Positions 35,101 to 49,231 of a stretch of DNA of 64,000 bases are shown in pieces. Position 1 is the stretch's first letter. Every line of letters begins with the position of its first letter. This stretch comes from Macrostomum hystrix (Eukaryota > Animalia > Platyhelminthes): contig CATNEN010000038.1 of assembly GCA_950097015.1 (NCBI GenBank), forward strand, positions 26,412,001 to 26,476,000. Direction: 5' to 3'. Under the pieces are notes generated by a model that was not told where the DNA came from, searched no databases, and was given only the letters and a program-made list of their open reading frames with translations. The position numbers and the translations under genes were made by a program.

Positions 35101-38100
35101 TGGGCAAGGGTTGCGTTTGTTTTATTATTACATTTAATAGTGTAAAAAACAATAGCCGATTTGAGTGCGGAAAATGGATTTTTCGATACATATCGGATTG
35201 CAACTTGAAACGTGTTTATGCGGGTTCTAATAAACAGATTAATTATGAATATCAGACGGTAGAAGAAATAAATACTGAAAATAGTTAAAAATGCTTAAAA
35301 CGCCATACTTACACTTTTAGGAGTAGGAGGAATCACGGTCACACGCTCAGAGGATGTTAAGCTGACAGCGGTTCGAGGACTGCTACTACTGTAGAACAGT
35401 GACGAATTGTACTGCGAATCGTTCACAGAGTCCGATGTCGCTGCTGCTGCTGAGGCGGCCTCTTGATAGGAGAGCTTGCCCCGGAGTTGCAGCATTTTGG
35501 CGTTAAGGCTTGACAACTATAATTAAATAATTAACCGACTAATTATTTCAGGATTCGAACTCACGACCCTTCTTGTGAAAGTCAGTTTCACTACCGCTTG
35601 GGCCACATGTACATCTCAACCTCTGTGAGTACAAATCTGTGATAAAGTGCTAAAACTAGGTTTTTTTAAAACGTAAAGAATAAAAGTACAATTTTACTCA
35701 CCTTATCCAGCGCCTGCTGATACTCCAAGTGCCGCTGCTTCCTTAATTGTTTCGACTGTTTGGCCTCCTTCGACTCGCGATAAAGACGAGTCTGAGCCTC
35801 AACTAGGGCCTTCTGTACAGCTATCTCCTGCTGCAGCTCTTCAAGCTGAAATTTGATAGCAGATTAGAATATCAAGACAATCAGGGTCTATTTTAGAATT
35901 GCCTCATATGAGTGTGACAAACCTCCAAGGCCAGGTCTGAGCCGTAGGTTGAAATCGCGTCTCCGCTAAGCTGGCTAGCGCTAGATCTATGCGAATCAAC
36001 AGCCAATAGGAATTGAGTTGAGACGCACTTCTGATTGGCTGCGGCTGATGTTGCTGCGAGATCATGCGAGTTCGATTGGTCTGATGAGGACAAATGAGCG
36101 AGCTGATTGCCCTCCTGACCAGCGGAGGAGGCTGCGCCCTGGGTAAGCGCCTGCAAATGATAAGTAACCAAGCCATTTTGCCGCCCGTTTTTATAACAAG
36201 GGGTGATTCCCCCACCTGACAACTATTTGTGCTGCACCCGAACGTAGCAACGCAAGCACACGCTACTCAAGAACACGGACCAAATTTTTCTTCTGAAACT
36301 AGAATTAATCCGCCAGCTCTTCAGACCATCGAGATATTCAACGGTTCTGGCCGAAGGTCAGATTTTTCGCGTAAGAGCCAGTGTATTTCAAATACGATTT
36401 TAAAGAAAGTAACGATTAAACTAGAAAAGTAACGAATTGAAAGTATAAAGTTTTTCCAAAAGTAACGAAAAATGTCTCAAAAGCTAGTCTCACCCTCTCC
36501 TGTGCCGTGAGCCGTTTCAATTCCAACTCTTTAGCGTCTCGCTGCGCCTTCAAATCGGCCAGCAGGGCACGCAGTTCATGATACCTGGCCAATCGTTTCC
36601 TATGCTCGCCAGGATCAGCCTGACCGCGGCGCATTGTGAAACATGCGGCCGGATCTAGACGAACAGCCCGATCGACTGACGCAGCCGCCGCTGCCGCAGC
36701 CAGAGCAGCCGAAGCAGATGTAGTTGTGATTGTCGACAGCATCAGATCGGAGCTGGAGCTGCGCTGCGAGCCGGGCAAGGAGTGGCATTCGTCAGCCACG
36801 GTTGAAGAGGCAACGCCGATTGGCGTGACGCAGTCAGCTGGATGGGCCTGCTGATGCTGATCTCCTCGGTTAACGCTTTGAGAACTCCGGACTAGAAAGA
36901 GACAGGTATAAAGACTATTAGACTCTAAATCTAATCAAATCTAAATTAGGAAAATGAAATAGAAAACCGGACGCAACAATAACAAGAAAAATATTTGAAA
37001 CACATGTGAAAAAAATCAGAAGCAGAAACGTCAGATGAAGTAAACTGGAAGCAGATTAGAAACATCAGATAAAGAAAACCGGAAGCAGATTAGAAACATC
37101 AGATAAAGAAAACCGGAAGCAGATTAGAAACATCTGATAAGGAAAACCGGAAGCAGATTAGAAACATCTGATAAAGAAAGCCGGAAGCAGATTAGAAACA
37201 TTAGATAAAGAAAACCGGAAGCAGATTAGAAACATCAGATAAAGAAAACCGGAAGCAGATTAGAAACATCAGATAAAGAAAACCGGAAGCAGATTAGAAA
37301 CATCAGATAAAGAAAACCGGAAGCAGATTAGAAACATCAGATAAAGAAAACCGGAAGCAGATTAGAAACATCAGATAAAGAAAACCGGAAGCAGGTAAGA
37401 AACATCAGATAAAGAAAACCGGAAGCAGATAAGAAACATCAGATAAAGAAAACCGGAAGCAGATAAGAAACATCAGATAAAGAAAACCGGAAGCAGATTA
37501 GAAACATCAGATAAAGAAAACCGGAAGCAGATTAGAAACATCAGATAAAGAAAACCGGAAGCAGATTCGAAACGTCAGATAAAGAAAACCGGAAGCAGAT
37601 TAGAAACATCAGATAAAGAAAACCGGAAGCAGATTAGAAACATCTGATAAATAAAACCGGAAGCAGATAAGAAACATCAGATAAAGAAAACCGGAAGCAG
37701 ATTAGAAACATCAGATAAAGAAAACCGGAAGCAGATTAGAAGCATCAGATAAAGAAAACCGGAAGCAGATAAGAAACATCAGATAAAGAAAACCGGAAGC
37801 AGATTAGAAACATCAGATAAAGAAAACCGGAAGCAGATTAGAAACATCAGATAAAGAAAACCGGAAGCAGATTAGAAACATCAGATAAAGAAAACCGGAA
37901 GCAGATTAGAAACATCAGATAAAGAAAACCGGAAGCAGATTAGAAACATCAGATAAAGAAAACCGGAAGCAGATTAGAAACATCTGATAAATAAAACCGG
38001 AAGCAGATTAGAAACATCAGATAAAGAAAACCGGAAGCAGATAAGAAGCATCAGATAAAGAAAACCGGAAGCAGATAAGAAACATCAGATAAAGAAAACC

Positions 38101-39588
38101 GGAAGCAGATAAGAAGCATCAGATAAAGAAAACCGGAAGCAGATAAGAAACATCAGATAAAGAAAACCGGAAGCAGATTAGAAACATCAGATAAAGAAAA
38201 CCGGAAGCAGATTAGAAACATTAGATAAAGAAAACCGGAAGCAGATAAGAAACATTAGATAAAGAAAACCAGAAGCAGATAAGAAACATCAGATAAAGAA
38301 AACCAGAAGCAGATAAGAAACATCAAATAAAGAAAACCGGAAGCAGATAAGAAACATCAGATAAAGAAAACCGGAAGCAGATTAGAAACATCAGATAAAG
38401 AAAACCGGAAGCAGATTAGAAACATCAGATAAAGAAAACCGGAAGCAGATAAGAAACATCTGATAAAGAAAACCGGAAGCAGATTAGAAACATCAGATAA
38501 AGAAAACCGGAAGCAGATTAGAAACATCAGATAAAGAAAACCGGAAGCAGATTAGAAACATCAGATAAAGAAAACCGGAAGCAGATTAGAAACATCAGAT
38601 AAAGAAAACCGGAAGCAGATTAGAAACATCAGATAAAGAAAACCGGAAGCAGATTAGAAACATTAGATAAAGAAAACCGGAAGCAGATAAGAAACATCTG
38701 ATAAAGAAAACCGGAAGCAGATTAGAAACATCAGATAAAGAAAACCGGAAGCAGATAAGAAACATCAGATAAAGAAAACCGGAAGCAGATTAGAAACATC
38801 AGATAAAGAAAACCGGAAGCAGATAAGAAACATCTGATAAAGAAAACCGGAAGCAGATTAGAAACATCAGATAAAGAAAACCGGAAGCAGATTAGAAACA
38901 TCAGATAAAGAAAACCGGAAGCAGATTAGAAACATCAGATAAAGAAAACCGGAAGCAGATTAGAAACATCTGATAAGGAAAACCGGAAGCAGATTAGAAA
39001 CATCTGATAAAGAAAACCGGAAGCAGATTAGAAACATCAGATAAAGAAAACCGGAAGCAGATAAGAAACATCTGATAAAGAAAACCGGAAGCAGATAAGA
39101 AACATCAGATAAAGAAAACCGGAAGCAGATTAGAAACATCAGATAAAGAAAACCGGAAGCAGATAAGAAACATCAGATAAAGAAAACCGGAAGCAGATTA
39201 GAAACATCAGATAAAGAAAACCGGAAGCAGATTAGAAGCATCAGATAAAGAAAACCGGAAGCAGATAAGAAACATCAGATAAAGAAAACCGGAAGCAGAT
39301 TAGAAACATCTGATAAATAAAACCGGAAGCAGATTAAAAACATCAGATAAAGAAAACCGGAAGCAGATAAGAAGCATCAGATAAAGAAAACCGGAAGCAG
39401 ATAAGAAACATCAGATAAAGAAAACCGGAAGCAGATAAGAAGCATCAGATAAAGAAAACCGGAAGCAGATAAGAAACATCAGATAAAAAATGATTTAAAG
39501 AGAGCAGTATGAGCAGGTGATACTTACACATGGCCGGCCTGCCAAGTCGCTTCAAGTCCCGCAGATTTGCAGGCCCCCTGGCACTGCT

Positions 39589-39625
<37 letters not shown>

Positions 39626-42600
39626 GATAGTCGCCACTCTGACGCAGACGATGCCGACGAGAATAGAGGCGGTCGCTGGTCGAAATTTCCAGTCGGCGCC
39701 TCCCTGAAGCTGTTCTCAGCCTCCACGAAGCCTTCGCTGACGATGCGACCGGATGCTGGAACAGTAGCCTGCATGACGGATCGAAACAGCATAATTCTGT
39801 ATCCTGACCAGCTAATTATATTAGTGAACAATCGGAGTACGCAATTAAAAATCACACTTATACTTGCCGTAGACTGATACAAAAGAATAACTACAGAATC
39901 ACTCGATAAAAGTGAAATTAGAGTAACAAAAATTAATTAAGGAGCTATTAGGCACTTCAGGCTGAGGCCTAAAGGTTATTGGACAATGATAGAAAAGAAA
40001 CGACTGAAAATGATCTCAGGTAAAAAAGGTTTTCGCAGTTAGGAGAAGTGTTTGAGTAGTAAGAGAAGCGTTTAAGTCATTAAGAAGCGTTTGAGTAGCT
40101 AAAGCAACTTTTGAGTAGCTAAAGAAGCTTTTGAGTAGTAAGAGAATCTTCTTATTCGTTAAAGAAGCGTTTAAGTAGTTAAAGAAGCGTTTGAGTAGTT
40201 AAAGAAGCGTTTGAGTAGTTAAAGAAGCGTTTGAGTAGTTAAAGAAGCGTTTGAGTAGCTAAAGAAGCGTTTGAGTAGTTAAAAAAGCGTTTGAGTAGCT
40301 AAATAAACTTTTGAGTAGTTAAATAAACTTTTGAGTAGCTAAAGAAGCGTTCGAGTAGTAAGAGAAGCCTTTGAGTAGTTAAAGAAACGATTGAGTAGTT
40401 AAAGAAGCGTTTGAGTAGCTAAAGAATCGTCTTATTCGTTAAAGAAGCGTTTGAGTAGTTAAAGAAGCGTTTGAGTAGTTAAAGAAGCGTTTGAGTAGTT
40501 AAAGAAGCGTTTGAGTAGTTAAAAAAGCGTTTGAGTAGCTAAATAAACTTTTGAGTAGTTAAATAAACTTTTGAGTAGCTAAAGAAGCGTTCGAGTAGTA
40601 AGAGAAGCCTTTGAGTAGTTAAAGAAGCGTTTGAGTAGTTAAAGAAGCGTTTGAGTAGTTAAAGAAGCGTTTGAGTAGTTAAAGAAGCGTTTGAGTAGTT
40701 AAAGAAGCGTTTGAGTAGTTAAAGAAGCGTTTGAGTAGTTAAAGAAGCGTTTGAGTAGTTAAAGAAGCGTTTGAGTAGCTAAAGAAGCTTTTGAGTAGTA
40801 AGAGAATCTTCTTATTCGTTAAAGAAGCGTTTTAGTAGCTAAAGAATCGTCTTATTCGTTAAAGAAGCTTTTGAGTAGCTAAAGAATCGTCTTATTCGTT
40901 AAAGAAGCGTTTTAGTAGCTAAAGAATCGTCTTATTCGTTAAAGAAGCGTTTTAGTAGCTAAAGAATCGTCTTATTCGTTAAAGAAGCTTTTGAGTAGCT
41001 AAAGAATCGTCTTATTCGTTAAAGAAGCGTTTTAGTAGCTAAAGAAGCGTTTGAGTAGCTAAAGAATCGTCTTATTCGTTAAAGAAGCGTTTTAGTAGCT
41101 AAAGAATCGTCTTATTCGTTAAAGAAGCTTTTGAGTAGCTAAAGAATCGTCTTATTCGTTAAAGAAGCTTTTGAGTAGCTAAAGAATCGTCTTATTCGTT
41201 AAAGAAGCGTTTTAGTAGCTAAAGAATCGTCTTATTCGTTAAAGAAGCGTTTAAGTAGTTAAAGAAGCGTTTGAGTAGTTAAAGAAGCGTTTGAGTAGCT
41301 AAAGAATCGTCTTATTCGTTAAAGAAGCGTTTTAGTAGCTAAAGAATCGTCTTATTCGTTAAAGAAGCTTTTGAGTAGCTAAAGAATCGTCTTATTCGTT
41401 AAAGAAGCGTTTTAGTAGCTAAAGAATCGTCTTATTCGTTAAAGAAGCTTTTGAGTAGCTAAAGAATCGTCTTATTCGTTAAAGAAGCGTTTTAGTAGCT
41501 AAAGAATCGTCTTATTCGTTAAAGAAGCGTTTAAGTAGTTAAAGAAGCGTTTGAGTAGTTAAAGAAGCGTTTGAGTAGCTAAAGAATCGTCTTATTCGTT
41601 AAAGAAGCGTTTTAGTAGCTAAAGAATCGTCTTATTCGTTAAAGAAGCTTTTGAGTAGCTAAAGAATCGTCTTATTCGTTAAAGAAGCTTTTGAGTAGCT
41701 AAAGAATCGTCTTATTCGTTAAAGAAGCGTTTTAGTAGCTAAAGAATCGTCTTATTCGTTAAAGAAGCGTTTAAGTAGTTAAAGAAGCGTTTGAGTAGTT
41801 AAAGAAGCGTTTGAGTAGTTAAAGAAGCGTTTAAGTAGTTAAAGAAGCGTTTGAGTAGTTAAAGAAGCGTTTGAGTAGCTAAAGAGGAGTTTGAGTAAGT
41901 AGGGAAGCGTTGAGTAATTAATGGACGCTGCACCAATAATTATGAGTACACGGTACAGGCTGTTTTGAAAATTGAGAACAAGTGATAAGGAAAAACTCTT
42001 CGTTGTTAAACTGAATTAATTTTTAATGCATAATGCATAACAGTAAACATTAACATTATCTGATAACACAAATTAAATAAAGCATTTTATAAGAAAAGTT
42101 AAGTGACACAAAGAGTATAGTAATATCTTCGACGGCCTTTTAAGATACGCAATGTGCAATAGGCCTTCTGGGTATTTAGAGACCCATATGCTACTACTAC
42201 AAGTAAGTGAATGAGTTGGTGCCATTGTGAGAAACAAAATATATATATTTATAAAGCTTTTAAGGATTTAATTAGTAGAATTTCGGAATTTCTAAAGTCC
42301 GATTTTTTTCGACTTACCAAATTTTCTACCGAAGAAAATGCTTTTCGTCTCTGTGAGATAAGTTATTAGAAATGACACGATATACATTTTAGAATTTTAT
42401 AGCAAAAAACCAGTCTTGATCGATCGTAGATAAATAGTACACACTCGATTAGCAAAGATTGGCGAATCAAGGCAAGTAATTACAACAAGCTTTTAAAAAA
42501 TGTTTTAATACAATTGCGTATTACAAAAGAATAATTTTACCAAATTTGTCGGACACGTCAGGCCATACTTGTATCACTATCTAATAGGTGTAACCTCGAT

Positions 42601-45600
42601 CTAACCGGTGACATAGCTGATTTTTTTAGAATAAGTTAAGCAGCCTAGTGGTCGTCGAGATATTCAGCGATAAATGAACCTCTATATGGCGTAACATCCC
42701 AGTAAAAAAATCGGCTGCTTCTTCGGCGGGTTTTTTGTGCAAAATAGGAGTGGAATCTACTAAAATCCCCCCTATCTCGCAAGAGTTAAAGAAACCACCC
42801 AGGAAGCAGCCGATGTAACCGTACATTGTGCGGAAACCGCCGAAGAATCACCCGAAACAGTGGCCCATGGGACAACCAGAGAATTATTTACGGGCGATTC
42901 CTCGGCGGTTTCTGAGCATGGAATCTTCCGAACTGGAGGATTCTTTGGGTGATTCCATTTCGCCACCAAGAAGCACCGAGAAAACGCCCAGTTAGGTAGA
43001 TTCTAAGCATGGAATCATCATCCGATTGGTCTGTTTCCAGCGTTCGGCTGTTTCTTTTTCTGGAAACACCGCAGATTCCAACTGGAATCACCCAAAGAAA
43101 CATCCCTATTTTTTAGCGGGATATTTGGTTAAAAAATTAACAATATAATCAATACATCTTAGTCAACAATAATAGCCGGTATAGTTAAATTGTGAAGTTT
43201 TCTGAGCAGAAAAAACATGTCTCTATTAGTGGTTCTTGCCACAGAAACACCCCGACGAGAATTGTTGAATAAGTAATTTTTTCTTGTAATTACTATATTT
43301 TTATTCAAATTGATTAATAAATTAATCAGTAACTATGCTAGCTACATTGCTTAATGGTCTAAAATTCTATTTCGTCTATGGAATCAGTAATCCATAATAA
43401 CAGCCAGTCTGCTTACCAGAGAATACCTTCTAGAAGAGGAACGAAGGAGCTTGACTGCCTTAGACAACTAGAAAAAAACGAGTTAGTAGTAAATTTTCAA
43501 ATCTACGTACTCGTTTTTTCTTGATAACAAGACACATGCTTTAGTTCATTGAAGATTACTAGAAGCAAATAAATAATGTGGAATAAATTTGGCATGCAAT
43601 TCATAAGCAAAAAAACAATAATTATATTTATATTGAAACGTATTACAAGTAATAGTATGCTTGTTAATGAATAGTGCAAAATAATTAACACTCATGCACA
43701 ATAGTCATTGAAATATATTACGACTGAAGGTAAATCCATAATCAATAACTTTTGTAAATTGCATATATAACATAGCTATTATGAATAGAGAATAGAATAT
43801 GGATTATTAAAAGTAGTCTGATTGGGTTTTGTACAACTATTTGTCTGTGGACTGGGGAGGCCACTGCTTTCACCAAAATTTCATTTAATCCCATTTGATG
43901 CTAGGATCAACATTTTAATCTGATTGAACTGAAACAATTTGGGAATCGAAGTGTCTTTGCTTAATGACAAACATGGTTTCCATTGGATTGAATTGAGATT
44001 CGAACTCTCGACCTTTAGAGGTCTAGTCCATAAATTTCAGTTCCCCTGACAATAATACAGATGCTATATTTAGAAGTCCTTGCTCAAAAGAATGCAATAC
44101 AGAATCGATTTAGGGCAAATAAGAGAAAATAACAGAAGTAGAAGCGCACCCGGGGTAAGTGGCAGAGCGGTTAACGCGTTTGTCTCTCGCGACAACGTCC
44201 TTAAGCTAGACTACGCGGCGAGGACACATTCAATTGGGGCGTGGGGCTTGTGGGGCTTTTCGTGCAATTCGCGCCCTTGAGGGCCAACCTCCAAGGCACA
44301 GTGATAGTCAGGGCAGATGTACCAACATGTGTGAGCGTGTGCCTGCGTACAGTATCAGTGTGCGTGTGTGCTCAGGAGTCAGCGAAATGAGCAAAATTGC
44401 CTGCGGGTCCAGTGTCATTAATTGATGTGCCATTGCCCGCAGCCCTACTGCAACTATTACTATTATTATTAACACCGAACACTGACCTGTTCCATGCTAG
44501 TGCGCCGATAATTCGGCCCTCCTACGCCGCCGCCGCCGACGCCGCCAAAAGCGGCAAACGCGGCAGCCGCAGCCGCCGTAGCCACATTGACAGCAGCCGA
44601 AGCAGCCGATGAAGCAGCTGCCGAAAAATTGGTTTCCTCCGAAGCGGCCAGCTGGTAATTAAATAGGCCGATTGCAAATTTGTGCTGAGAGACGGCAAAG
44701 TTAAATAGATTTTTAGCTGTGGACGGCGACTCCGTCACCAGGGTGAGGGTGGCCGGCGCTTGACCGCTGCGGCAGGGCGACAGCCAGCGGCTCATCGACG
44801 GCCTGCGGAGTTGGGGTGGGAGAGACGCGCGCGGACTGTACTTTTATTTTATAATCAACCTGTTATCTAAGTGAGTGATTGGTAGTTTACTGATTTACAT
44901 TTTTATTAGTTAGGCAGTGAGTGACTCATGAGGGAGTGAGTGACTGAAGGGGAGTGGCTGAAGGGGAGTGAGTGACTGAATGGGAGTGGCTGAAGGGGAG
45001 TTGAGTGACTGAATGGGAGTGGCTGAAGGGGAGTGAGTGACTGAAGGGGAGTGAGTGACTGAATGGGAGTGGCTGAAGGGGAGTGAGTGACTGAAGGGGA
45101 GTGAGTGACTGAATGGGAGTGGCTGAAGGGGAGTGAGTGACTGAAGGGGAGTGAGTGACTGAAGGGGAGTGGCTGAAGGGGAGTGAGTGACTGAAGGGGA
45201 GTGAGTGACTGAAGGGGAGTGAGTGACTGAAGGGGAGTGAGTGACTGAAGGGGAGAGAGTGACTGAAGGGGAGAGAGTGACTGAATGGGAGTGGCTGAAG
45301 GGGAGTGAGTGACTGATGGGGAGTGAGTGACTGATGGGGAGTGAGTGACTGAAGGGGAGAGAGTGACTGAATGGGAGTGGCTGAAGGGGAGTGAGTGACT
45401 GATGGGGAGTGAGTGACTGATGGAGAGTGAGTGACTGATGGAGAGTGAGTGACTGAAGGTGAGTGAGTGACTGATGGGGAGTGAGTGACTGATGGAGAGT
45501 GAGTGACTGAAGGTGAGTGAGTGACTGATGGTTGATAAAGCAAGTTAGTGAGTGGTGCGGGCAGTGAGTGACTGTCATTATTAAGTGATTACGACTTAAT

Positions 45601-48600
45601 TAACTATTAAGTGACCAGTCAGAGGCTAAACACAGCATTTCTTTCTCTGTGGACTGTGGTTGAGTAAAAGTGGCAGCAGGAATCAGAAACATAATATTAA
45701 AGGAGTGTTGAAAACTGAGCAGAAAAATCTGGGTTACATATTACTATGCAAATCTACCGAGAGTTATTAGCTACTTGATAAGAGTTTTTTTCGCAAAGCT
45801 ACTAAGGTAATAATTTTCTCCAGTGAAATAAGATATAAATGGCAACGCACGGGCAATAGTGGAGAAAATTGTGCTTCTAAAAAACCGGCAGACAGTATAA
45901 AATGTATTTCGTCGCCACGAAGAAAAAAAAAGAACAGAGAAATGATTAAATAGGTGCAAGATTTCGTGTTGCTATATTTAGAATTTATGTAAAAGCAAAG
46001 CGTACAGTGCAGTACAGTCCTAGGAACTGTTTTTGGCCAAAATTTAAAAGCCTGGCCAAAATGTTTAAACGAATTTGTTTCTTAAAAACAGATTTATAAT
46101 AATGCCATAAAATATTTTATTGGTAACTTTTAACGAAATAAAATATAAAATAAGGCTTAAAAACTAATATATACTCTCATCCAGGTGTTTCTGAAACAGC
46201 TCCGGTATAGGGACATTCAAGTAGATAGATGGGCAGAATGAGGTAGACAAATAGGTAGATAGAGTGGCATAATGAGGTAGACACTAGACAGACAGGTAGA
46301 TAGAGGGCTGAGGTAGACATCTACAGGATGAGGTAGACAAACAGGTAGATAGAGGGTCAGGATGAGGTAGACAGACAGGTAGATAGAGGGCCAGGATGAG
46401 GTAGACAAACAGGTAGATAGAGGGCCAGGATGAGGTAGACAAACAGGTAGATAGAGGGCAAGGATGAGGTACACAAACAGGTAGATAGAGGGCCAGGATG
46501 AGGTAGACAAACAGGTAGATATAGGGTCAGGATGAGGTAGACAGACAGGTAGATAGAGGGCCAGGATGAGGTAGACAAACAGGTAGATAGAGGGCCAGGA
46601 TGAGGTAGACAAACAGGTAGATAGAGGGCCAGGATGAGGTGGAAAACTGGTAGATAGAGGGCCAGGATGAGGTGGACAAACAGGTAGATAGAGGGCCAGG
46701 ATGAGGTAGACAAACAGGTAGATAGAGGGCCAGGATGAGGTGGAAAACTGGTAGATAGAGGGCCAGAATGAGGTAGACAGGCAGGTCAAACTGGCGGTCA
46801 ATAGGACGATCCTTAGAATCTGAAACGCGGACTCACCTCCTGAGATCGCAGTGAACATCGAAGCACACTCTCTTATCCTTGTGAAAGACATTCTCCAACG
46901 CCGACCAATCTAGCGACTCGCGCGGGTGCTGCCTATCTCCATGGTCGAACAGAGCCAAGCCGCGCAGGCTAACGCCCAGCCACCATGGCAAGCCAAACAG
47001 ATCGTACACGGCGAACATTGCCTGGCCGTAATTTGACTGTTCGGCAACCAGACGCAAATAGGCGTAGATTGCGTCAGTGCGAGTCATGCCGGATAGAACT
47101 TTGTAGTAGGCGATTGTTTGCTTCTGGCTGTATGGGTAGAATCGAGTTTTACAGGGTTATTTGAAGCTGTCTGCCCGGATTCGCTGATTGGCTAGCGAAT
47201 TGAAATGGGCAGAAATGTGGGGTAGGAGTCAAGCGCCAGGGTCGGAGGAGTGAGGTGGGTGTAACATTAGGCGGAATAGGGTGGGTGTAGAACGCTAGAG
47301 TTGGAGGAGTGGGGTGGGTGCTAGATAGGTAAAAGAATGGGGTGGGTGTCAAGCGCCAGGGTCGGAGGAGTGAGGTGGGTGTAACATTAGGCGGAATAGG
47401 GTGGGTGTAGAACGCTAGAGTTGGAGGAGTGGGGTGGGTGCTAGATAGGGGAAAGAATGGGGTGGGTGTCAAGCGCCAGGGTCGGAGGAGTGAGGTGGGT
47501 GTAAAATTAGGCAGAATGGGGTGGGTATAGAACGCTTAGAGTTGGAGGAGTGAGGTGGGTGCTAGATAGAGAAAGAATGAGGTGGTTGTCAAGCCGCAGG
47601 GGGTAGTGCAGAAGTGAGTTGGTGGTGGACTAAGAGAGGTAGGGGATACGGTTAGTCCCAGCAATGGAGTGATGTTGATGTCGCACATTGGGTTGAGTGT
47701 AGCCGAAGTTCAATCGATAAACATTTGATAGCTCACCAATACTCCAGTGATGGATGCCGCATTAGCAGGCTCACTGGGAACACGGGCAGTTTTTTTAGTC
47801 CGCCAAGAGCAGTTTCTTCACTGTAAACAAAGATTGATAACAAAGACTACAAACATTTTGTAGACCACAGTGATAAGTTTTTTAATTTTGAAATTGTAAT
47901 AGGTTACAATAGACAAAAGATATAAACTTGAAAGTAGGAGGGAGCAAAGTTACTAATCTACTATACTATTCTGGCTCTCTAAGTAAAAGGGAGCAGTTTC
48001 AAGTATTTGCTTTCATGGTGTGCACAATAAATTACATGGTTATGATTCTTCATATTGACTAAAGAAAGAAGCAAAATGATTAGTTAGGTAGAGCAGTATA
48101 AGTAAGAAAACATAAAATTAATTTAGAAGCACGACCCAGTACTGTGGCGTAAAACACGTAGTTAGATAAGCATGAATAAACTCCTAACAAAGAGCATCCT
48201 TGCACAAAAGTACATTATTTTAATAAAAAAAGTTACGCTATTTTTTATCGTTAATATATATAATGATATATATTTCATGCAGGCTAAATATTTATTAACA
48301 ATGATTTCAGAAAAGTACATCCACACTTTATACCGAATAATGCCACACCCATTTACAAAAATGCATCACAATTTGAGACTATAGTCCACAACTTGAACAA
48401 GTGAGTAAAGTAAAGCACTAACAAAAGATTTGATATGTCAGTGGCTAAGGCCACACTGCGGATAAGCAGTAAACTAACGATGCATTTATTTGATAGCGAA
48501 TAACACCTTAATGATAAAGTCTGATACTAAGCACAACAGAAACACGGAAAAGTGAAAATAAAATAAGTCAGCCTTATAAACAATTTTACCTTTCAAAATC

Positions 48601-49231
48601 GCCGCGTTCAATTTGCAGCGCCAGTGCAGCTAGATTAAACAGATCCAGATCGCAGCCACAATTGAGTCGGCCAGAGTACACCAACGCCCTGCACTGCCAG
48701 TAGAATAACTGTAGTGCAGCCCGATCCTCCACTCTGGAGAAACTAAGAGGATAAAATTTCACTCGAAACAATAGGTCAGGCTCGCGACTCTGACGACAAA
48801 GCTCGTGATCTAGCACCCTGGCTCCGCTAGTTAACCAGAATTCTGTAGCCGTTGATGTTGAGGCGTTGCTATGACCGTTTCCACTGTTGGCATGGCAACA
48901 ACAGAAGCCAAAGTAGCGTCTATCGGAGCCCAGTTCGTAATGAGCGGCTACCACGTCTAACAGTTCGCTGACTAACAGACGAGGCTAAATAATTAATTAG
49001 CAAGAAAAGCATATTTTCAGTATTCTATTCAGTAGTAACAATTAATTAATAACACTTCTTACAGCACTAGCTCCATCGGTATGGTACTATAAAACTCAAC
49101 AAAAGGCCTGTTTTAACATTTGGTCTCTAAAAAAATAAATAAATATGTATACTCACCCGAACATAAATAGATATTTTGTTGCCATCCAAAATATGTATTG
49201 AAACATTTTTGCCTTCGAGTTGGCCAAGCAT
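32157..49231 (-). CDS. FRMD4: FRMD4A/B-like FERM-domain scaffold; exons 49231-49157, 48984-48590, 47820-47737, 47127-46837, 44802-44487, 43467-43417, 39768-39528, 36891-36494, 36150-35923, 35845-35702, 35516-35313, 34566-34469, 32898-32157
   Basis: FERM: EGKNVSIHILDG..PRLLVSELLDVVAAHY..YFG, LKKLPVFPVSLLMRHPSLEYC, GLPWWLGVSLRG..WSALEN..VHCDLRR, FAVSQHKF. Coiled-coil cytohesin-binding (DUF3338/CUPID-like) segment LEELQQEIAVQKALVEAQTRL...KQLRKQRHLEYQQALDKL. All 12 introns are GT-AG with compatible phases; the middle low-complexity exons are less certain. Confidence 0.85.
32981..34330. repeat. 25-bp minisatellite in the last FRMD4 intron
   Basis: (ACTGGGAATTCCCATCCGATCCTTC)n. Confidence 0.97.
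35548..35607 (-). other. Degenerate tRNA-derived (SINE-head-like) fragment in a FRMD4 intron
   Basis: The minus strand reads GTGGCCCAAGCGG (A box) ... GTTCGAATCC (B box), but the acceptor and anticodon stems do not pair. Confidence 0.4.
37015..39487. repeat. 34-bp minisatellite in a FRMD4 intron
   Basis: (AGATAAAGAAAACCGGAAGCAGATWAGAAACATC)n. Confidence 0.97.
40060..41910. repeat. 20-bp minisatellite with two alternating unit types
   Basis: AAAGAAGCGTTTGAGTAGTT and AAAGAATCGTCTTATTCGTT. Confidence 0.97.
42698..43120. mobile_element. Non-autonomous TIR DNA element (about 420 bp, CCC...GGG ends, CACTA/EnSpm-like), copy 1
   Basis: TIR CCCAGTAAAAAAAT / ATTTTTTAGCGGG, flanked by AT on both sides; internal GATTCTTCGGCGG-type repeats in both orientations; near-identical inverted copy at 58469-58888. 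Confidence 0.8.
44915..45530. repeat. 16-bp-based minisatellite in a FRMD4 intron
   Basis: GAGTGACTGAAGGG variants with GAGT expansions. Confidence 0.93.
46235..46780. repeat. 34-bp minisatellite in a FRMD4 intron
   Basis: (GAGGTAGACAAACAGGTAGATAGAGGGCCAGGAT)n. Confidence 0.95.
47215..47595. repeat. 120-bp tandem repeat x3 built of about 30-bp subunits
   Basis: GTCAAGCGCCAGGGTCGG recurs at 47228, 47348 and 47468. Confidence 0.92.

Noticed and set aside
42626-43103. Short ORFs duplicated at 58456-58849
   Set aside because: Chance ORFs within the non-autonomous TIR element; no transposase motifs.
43996-44180. tRNA-like B-box (43996, -) and A-box (44159, +) fragments
   Set aside because: No cloverleaf and the boxes are not paired; at most SINE debris.
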